A stretch of 32,000 nt of DNA from Prochlorococcus marinus subsp. pastoris str. CCMP1986 (GTDB lineage Bacteria > Cyanobacteriota > Cyanobacteriia > PCC-6307 > Cyanobiaceae): contig NC_005072.1 of the NCBI RefSeq assembly GCF_000011465.1, positions 1,470,001 to 1,502,000 of the forward strand, given 5' to 3'. The translations under genes were made by a program, and so were the position numbers. Position 1 is the stretch's first letter. Every line of letters starts with the position of its first letter. Below, piece by piece: positions 28,446 to 32,000 of this stretch. The notes under the pieces are model-generated. The model ran no database searches. It was not told the DNA's origin and was given only the letters and a program-made list of their open reading frames with translations.

Positions 28446-29606
28446 TTAATAATCCACCCCTCTTTTTAAATCAACTCCAACATTTGCGTAATGCTTGTGA
28501 CAAACCATTTCAGAATATACATCTGCTAGTTCAAAGTATGATGGTTCATTTTTACATCTCCCAGTAATAACAACTTCTGTATCTGCAGGTTTTTTTATGA
28601 GAGTTTGATATATAGATTCAACAGGTAAAAGTTCTAAATCAACAGTTGGATTTAATTCATCTAAAATAATAGTCTTATATAGACCACTCAAAATAGCCGC
28701 TTTTGCAATTTCCCAGGCTCGTTCAGCTTCAACATAATCAATTGGCTGTTGTTGCCCCCTCCATACTATGGCATCTCTCCCAGAACGTAGATGGTCGACT
28801 AAATGTGGGTAACTCTCTCTCAACGCTTCTATTGCAGCATCTTCGGTATAACCATTACCACCTTTTAGCCATTGTAATATTAAAACTCTATGACTTTTAT
28901 CTTGAGATATTCCTTTGCCAATGGCTTGCAGAGCTTTACCCAATGCACTCGTAGATTTGCCTTTACCTTCGCCGGTATAAACTTCAATACCAGCGGAATT
29001 ATTCATTTTTCTATGAGATTTATTTAAATCCCCTTTTAAGCGTGATCTCATTTCTGAGTGAAGTTGAGATATGCATATCAGTGAAGAGGGTGCTGCTCTT
29101 CCTGTGATAATTATTTCCAAATCTTCAGGTCGATTTTGAAGCGAATTAACCACTTCCTCAATATTAAGCATCCCTAAATCTAAAACAGGATTCAATTCAT
29201 CAAGAACCACTACAGAATAAAGGGAACTAGAAATTGCTCCTTTAGCAATATTCCAACCTCTCTCAGCCTCAGTAATATCAGATTTTGTAACTTGATCAGC
29301 ATTAAAAAATTCAGATCTCCCAGTTCTCACATGATCTATTAAATGAGGGAACCCTCTTTGTAATGCTTCTATTGCAGAGTCTTCATCATATGACCTCTCA
29401 GGGCCTTTTAAGAATCTGAGCAATAACACTCTTGACTGTTTCTTTTCGCATATCCCTAAACCTATTGTTCTAAGTACCACTCCTAAGGCGGCCTGACTTT
29501 TTCCCTTTCCTTCCCCATCGTAAATATGTAATTGACCTTTGGATCTTTCTTGACTGTCACTTGCAGTAACAATACCAATACCTCTATTTCTACCAGTTTT
29601 TGTCAA
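28446..29606 (-). CDS. cobO: cob(I)yrinic acid a,c-diamide adenosyltransferase-family protein with two tandem CobA/CobO domains
   Basis: Two P-loops GEGKGKS (aa 31-37 and 212-218), each followed by ...LKG...IEAL...PHL.DH.R.GR...AERGW/AW.IAK.A......VLDELNP..DL......TGR.... The C-terminus ends EMVCHKHYANVGVDLKRGVDY, as in CobA. Confidence 0.8.
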   Translation of the reverse strand: MTKTGRNRGIGIVTASDSQERSKGQLHIYDGEGKGKSQAALGVVLRTIGLGICEKKQSRVLLLRFLKGPERSYDEDSAIEALQRGFPHLIDHVRTGRSEFFNADQVTKSDITEAERGWNIAKGAISSSLYSVVVLDELNPVLDLGMLNIEEVVNSLQNRPEDLEIIITGRAAPSSLICISQLHSEMRSRLKGDLNKSHRKMNNSAGIEVYTGEGKGKSTSALGKALQAIGKGISQDKSHRVLILQWLKGGNGYTEDAAIEALRESYPHLVDHLRSGRDAIVWRGQQQPIDYVEAERAWEIAKAAILSGLYKTIILDELNPTVDLELLPVESIYQTLIKKPADTEVVITGRCKNEPSYFELADVYSEMVCHKHYANVGVDLKRGVDY

Positions 29607-29716
29607 TTGAGAAAAAGTTAGTAAATTTAATCTAGGATATAGTTAATAATATTATTAAAACTTTAATAATTAACTCAACCTATGTATATCTTAATTTAAA
29701 TTTTAATAACAGTCAT

Positions 29717-30541
29717 ATGTTCTATAAACTTGAAATCCTCTCTCATGAACAAAGTGAAAAACTCAAGGAAATTAGAAACTTTTTCAAAAATCTCAATAGC
29801 GTTTGTGTTGCCTATTCAGGAGGAGTTGATAGTACATTGGTAGCCTCTTTGGCATTTGAGCAATTAGGAAGCAAAGCGATTGCAATTACTGGAGTTTCCC
29901 CCGCATTAGCTAAAACATTACTTGAAGAGGCAAAAACTCAAGCAAGATGGATTGGAATACAACATTTAGAAATTGAGACTTCAGAATTAGATCAATCTAG
30001 TTATAGTAAAAATCCTAAAAATAGATGTTTTGCTTGCAAAAAAGAGCTTCACAAACACACTACATTTTTATCTAAAAAACTTAATTACAAGATTGTCTGT
30101 GACGGAGTTAATCTTGACGATCTTGACGATTACAGGCCTGGGATTAAAGCAGCTAAAGAAGCAGGAGTTTTATCTCCCTTAGCATTATTTAAGTTTACAA
30201 AAAAAGATATAAGGGATATATCAAGAGCATTGGGTTTCCCTTGGTGGGATAAACCTGCTCAACCTTGTTTATCATCAAGATTTCCTTATGGAAATCAAAT
30301 TACAAATGAAAGACTAAACATGGTAGAAAAAGCTGAAGAATATATTAAGAAAGGGAGCATATCAGAAGTCAGAGTTAGATGTCATGGTTCAACAGCAAGA
30401 ATTGAGATTCCTAAAAATGAATTACAAATATTTTGTAAAGAATATGATTTTAATGAATTAGTTAACTATTTCTCTAATCTAGGATTTAATTGCACAAGCT
30501 TGGATCTTGAGGGTTTAATAAGCGGCAAGCTAAATAGATAA
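29717..30541 (+). CDS. larE: PP-loop ATP pyrophosphatase, LarE-like sulfur transferase
   Basis: PP-loop AYSGGVDS (aa 33-39), CFAC (C104, C107), and PCLSSRFPYG (C184), resembling the LarE active-site loop. Confidence 0.7.
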   Translation: MFYKLEILSHEQSEKLKEIRNFFKNLNSVCVAYSGGVDSTLVASLAFEQLGSKAIAITGVSPALAKTLLEEAKTQARWIGIQHLEIETSELDQSSYSKNPKNRCFACKKELHKHTTFLSKKLNYKIVCDGVNLDDLDDYRPGIKAAKEAGVLSPLALFKFTKKDIRDISRALGFPWWDKPAQPCLSSRFPYGNQITNERLNMVEKAEEYIKKGSISEVRVRCHGSTARIEIPKNELQIFCKEYDFNELVNYFSNLGFNCTSLDLEGLISGKLNR

Positions 30542-30556
30542 GTTTCAAAATTTAAT

Positions 30557-30985
30557 TTATTTTTTTATTTGACTATATACTTCTGAAGGTAGATGTCTAT
30601 CAACTATACGCAAGAGATGTTCTTTAGCCATTAAAGCTTGAATTAAGTATTTAGACGATATTTCTGGTTTCATATTTTGACCACATGTAAAAATATCAAC
30701 TGCAGAATAATGGGCTTCAGGCCATGTATGTATTGACATATGAGATTCAGCTAGTAAAGCAATTGCTGTAACACCTTGAGGTTCAAATTTATTACTTATT
30801 AGATTCAAAACTGTTGCATTAGCTAATTTGGCAGCATTATTTAACGTACAACGCAAAAAAGATTCGTCATTTAATTTTTCGTAATCACATCTATAAAGCT
30901 CTAACAAAAAATGCTTACTATTATTAGCTAATTTCTTCTCATCATTTAATGCTTTGAAAGTTTGATTTTTTTTGGGAACTTCCAT
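30557..30985 (-). CDS. speH: S-adenosylmethionine decarboxylase proenzyme (SpeH type)
   Basis: ...GVTAIALLAESHMSIHTWPE...VDIFTCG; E-S self-cleavage/pyruvoyl site motif. Confidence 0.88.
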   Translation of the reverse strand: MEVPKKNQTFKALNDEKKLANNSKHFLLELYRCDYEKLNDESFLRCTLNNAAKLANATVLNLISNKFEPQGVTAIALLAESHMSIHTWPEAHYSAVDIFTCGQNMKPEISSKYLIQALMAKEHLLRIVDRHLPSEVYSQIKK

Positions 30986-31037
30986 TAATTAATTGTATTG
31001 GAGTTTGTAGATTAACTAAAACTTAAAAAATTTTTAA

Positions 31038-32000
31038 CTATAAGTATATCATTTGCGAAGAGCTTAAAAAGGATTTATTGAATTTATCCAAATGCGTTGC
31101 ACTTATCAAACATTGACTATCTTTTCCTACCGAATTCAGTAATAAATTTTGTCTAGTGATATCAAGCTCAGCCAAAACATCATCTAATATAAGAATAGGA
31201 GGTAAATCAATCATATTACGTAATAAATCCAGCTCAGCCATTTTTAAAGCCAAAATAAAAGTCCTTTGTTGACCAGATGAGCCATACTTTCTTATAGAGA
31301 TATTATTAATCAGAAACTCTATATCATCACGATGAGGACCAAAATTACATTTACCAGTCACCGCCTCTAACGGCCTCTGCTTTTGTAGTTGTTCCAATAT
31401 TTTCTTACTTATAACTTCTTCTTCTTCTTCTTGATTGATATTTTCTAAACCAGAAAGATAATTTATACCAATTTGCTCTTTGGATTTACTTAAATGATTA
31501 TGCCAATATTCAACATATGGTTTAATTTTTGATAGAGCTCTCCTTCTACGTCTAAAAATTCTTGTACTAATTAATGACATTTGAATATCAAAACTTTCTA
31601 TAACTTCTGAATATATATCTTTTTGAAAGCTTTCTGAACGCCAAAAATGAGTTCGTTGCTTTAAAAGTCTATTAAATCTATGAATCAGCTCTACGTATAC
31701 TGGTTCAAGCTGAGATACAACTTTATCAATCCAAGATCTTCTGAAACCAGGTTCACTTTTGACAATATAAATATCATTAGAACAGAAACATACACTCCTA
31801 ATATAATTTTGTATTTCAGTCTGTTTTTTCAATAAAGAATCATTTACATAAATCTTTTTAGCTCCTTTCCTAAATAAATTCACTTTCAAATTATCAGTGA
31901 AATCAATTTGACCAAAAATAGCGGCCATGTCACTATCGTTTTCTATTAAATCTTTATCACTTAATGCTCTATTCGATTTTAATTGACTAAGAACTTCGAC
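31038..32000 (-). CDS. recF: DNA replication/repair protein RecF, 5' end outside window
   Basis: ...GPHRDDIEFLIN...YGSSGQQRTFILALKMAEL (ABC signature-like), ILILDDVLAELD (Walker B). The frame stays open upstream of the track Met (31928) to position 32000 (...VEVLSQLKSNRALSDKDLIENDSDMAAIF), so the Walker A N-terminus lies beyond the edge. Confidence 0.9.
   Translation of the reverse strand, partial: VEVLSQLKSNRALSDKDLIENDSDMAAIFGQIDFTDNLKVNLFRKGAKKIYVNDSLLKKQTEIQNYIRSVCFCSNDIYIVKSEPGFRRSWIDKVVSQLEPVYVELIHRFNRLLKQRTHFWRSESFQKDIYSEVIESFDIQMSLISTRIFRRRRRALSKIKPYVEYWHNHLSKSKEQIGINYLSGLENINQEEEEEVISKKILEQLQKQRPLEAVTGKCNFGPHRDDIEFLINNISIRKYGSSGQQRTFILALKMAELDLLRNMIDLPPILILDDVLAELDITRQNLLLNSVGKDSQCLISATHLDKFNKSFLSSSQMIYL
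31415..31432. repeat. (CTT)6 trinucleotide run inside recF, encoding EEEEE
   Basis: Direct reading; corresponds to NINQEEEEEVISK in RecF. Confidence 0.9.

Noticed and set aside
23600-28954. Three antisense ORFs inside tyrA (23600-23818), moeB (27768-28037) and cobO (28703-28954).
   Set aside because: Same reasoning: they are embedded opposite well-supported genes, have no motifs, and show odd composition.
27008-30985. A search for riboswitches upstream of moeB/thiF (TPP), cobO (cobalamin) and speH (SAM).
   Set aside because: I found no CUGAGA/TPP box, no B12 box (GCCACUG-like) and no SAM-I-like helices. The cobO and speH upstream regions are only about 110 and 52 nt and almost pure A/T.
1-32000. 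A whole-window look for CRISPR arrays, IS elements, transposases, integrases, phage genes, toxin-antitoxin pairs and composition shifts.
   Set aside because: I found no regularly spaced direct repeats and no recombinase or transposase-like ORFs. Every ORF over 80 aa is accounted for by a housekeeping or conserved cyanobacterial family, and base composition appears uniform by eye.

Overview
This window looks like core chromosome of a high-light-adapted Prochlorococcus marinus. It is strongly AT-rich (about 30% G+C by eye), very gene-dense, and carries cyanobacteria-specific genes (ndhN, ldpA, a CAAD/CurT-like gene). Positions 1482-17615 hold one uninterrupted array of 30 minus-strand genes. 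This is the cyanobacterial S10-spc-alpha ribosomal superoperon (rplC through rplQ, including secY, adk, rpmJ and rpoA), followed by truA, rplM-rpsI, rpmE and prfA. As usual for cyanobacteria, rpsJ, rpsN, rpmD, infA and rpsD are absent from the cluster. Many junctions are translationally coupled (TAATG, ATGA or TAAATG). An alr fragment and an HNH-motif gene lie to the left. To the right are ndhN, ldpA, tRNA-Gln(UUG), a HAD hydrolase, recA with a LexA box, a DinG-like gene plus a small membrane protein, tyrA, a CrtD/CrtH-family oxidoreductase, a fructosamine-kinase-family gene, a CAAD protein, a MoeB/ThiF-rhodanese fusion, a tandem-domain CobO, a LarE homologue, speH and a recF fragment. I see no CRISPR array, transposase, integrase, prophage, toxin-antitoxin pair or defence-island signature, and I do not think the window holds a novel multi-gene system. 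The real oddities are small-scale. They are a G16 homopolymer in the rpsK-rpoA spacer, a (CTATTT)5 microsatellite in the rplB-rpsS spacer, and an apparently catalytically dead DinG-like protein paired with a small membrane protein next to recA. Others are an internally duplicated CobO, a LarE with a CxxC+Cys pattern, a MoeB/ThiF that has lost both CxxC pairs, and extreme compaction (start codons 4 bp apart, convergent stops 2-15 bp apart). All protein calls rest on reading the supplied translations against remembered family motifs; no database search was run.
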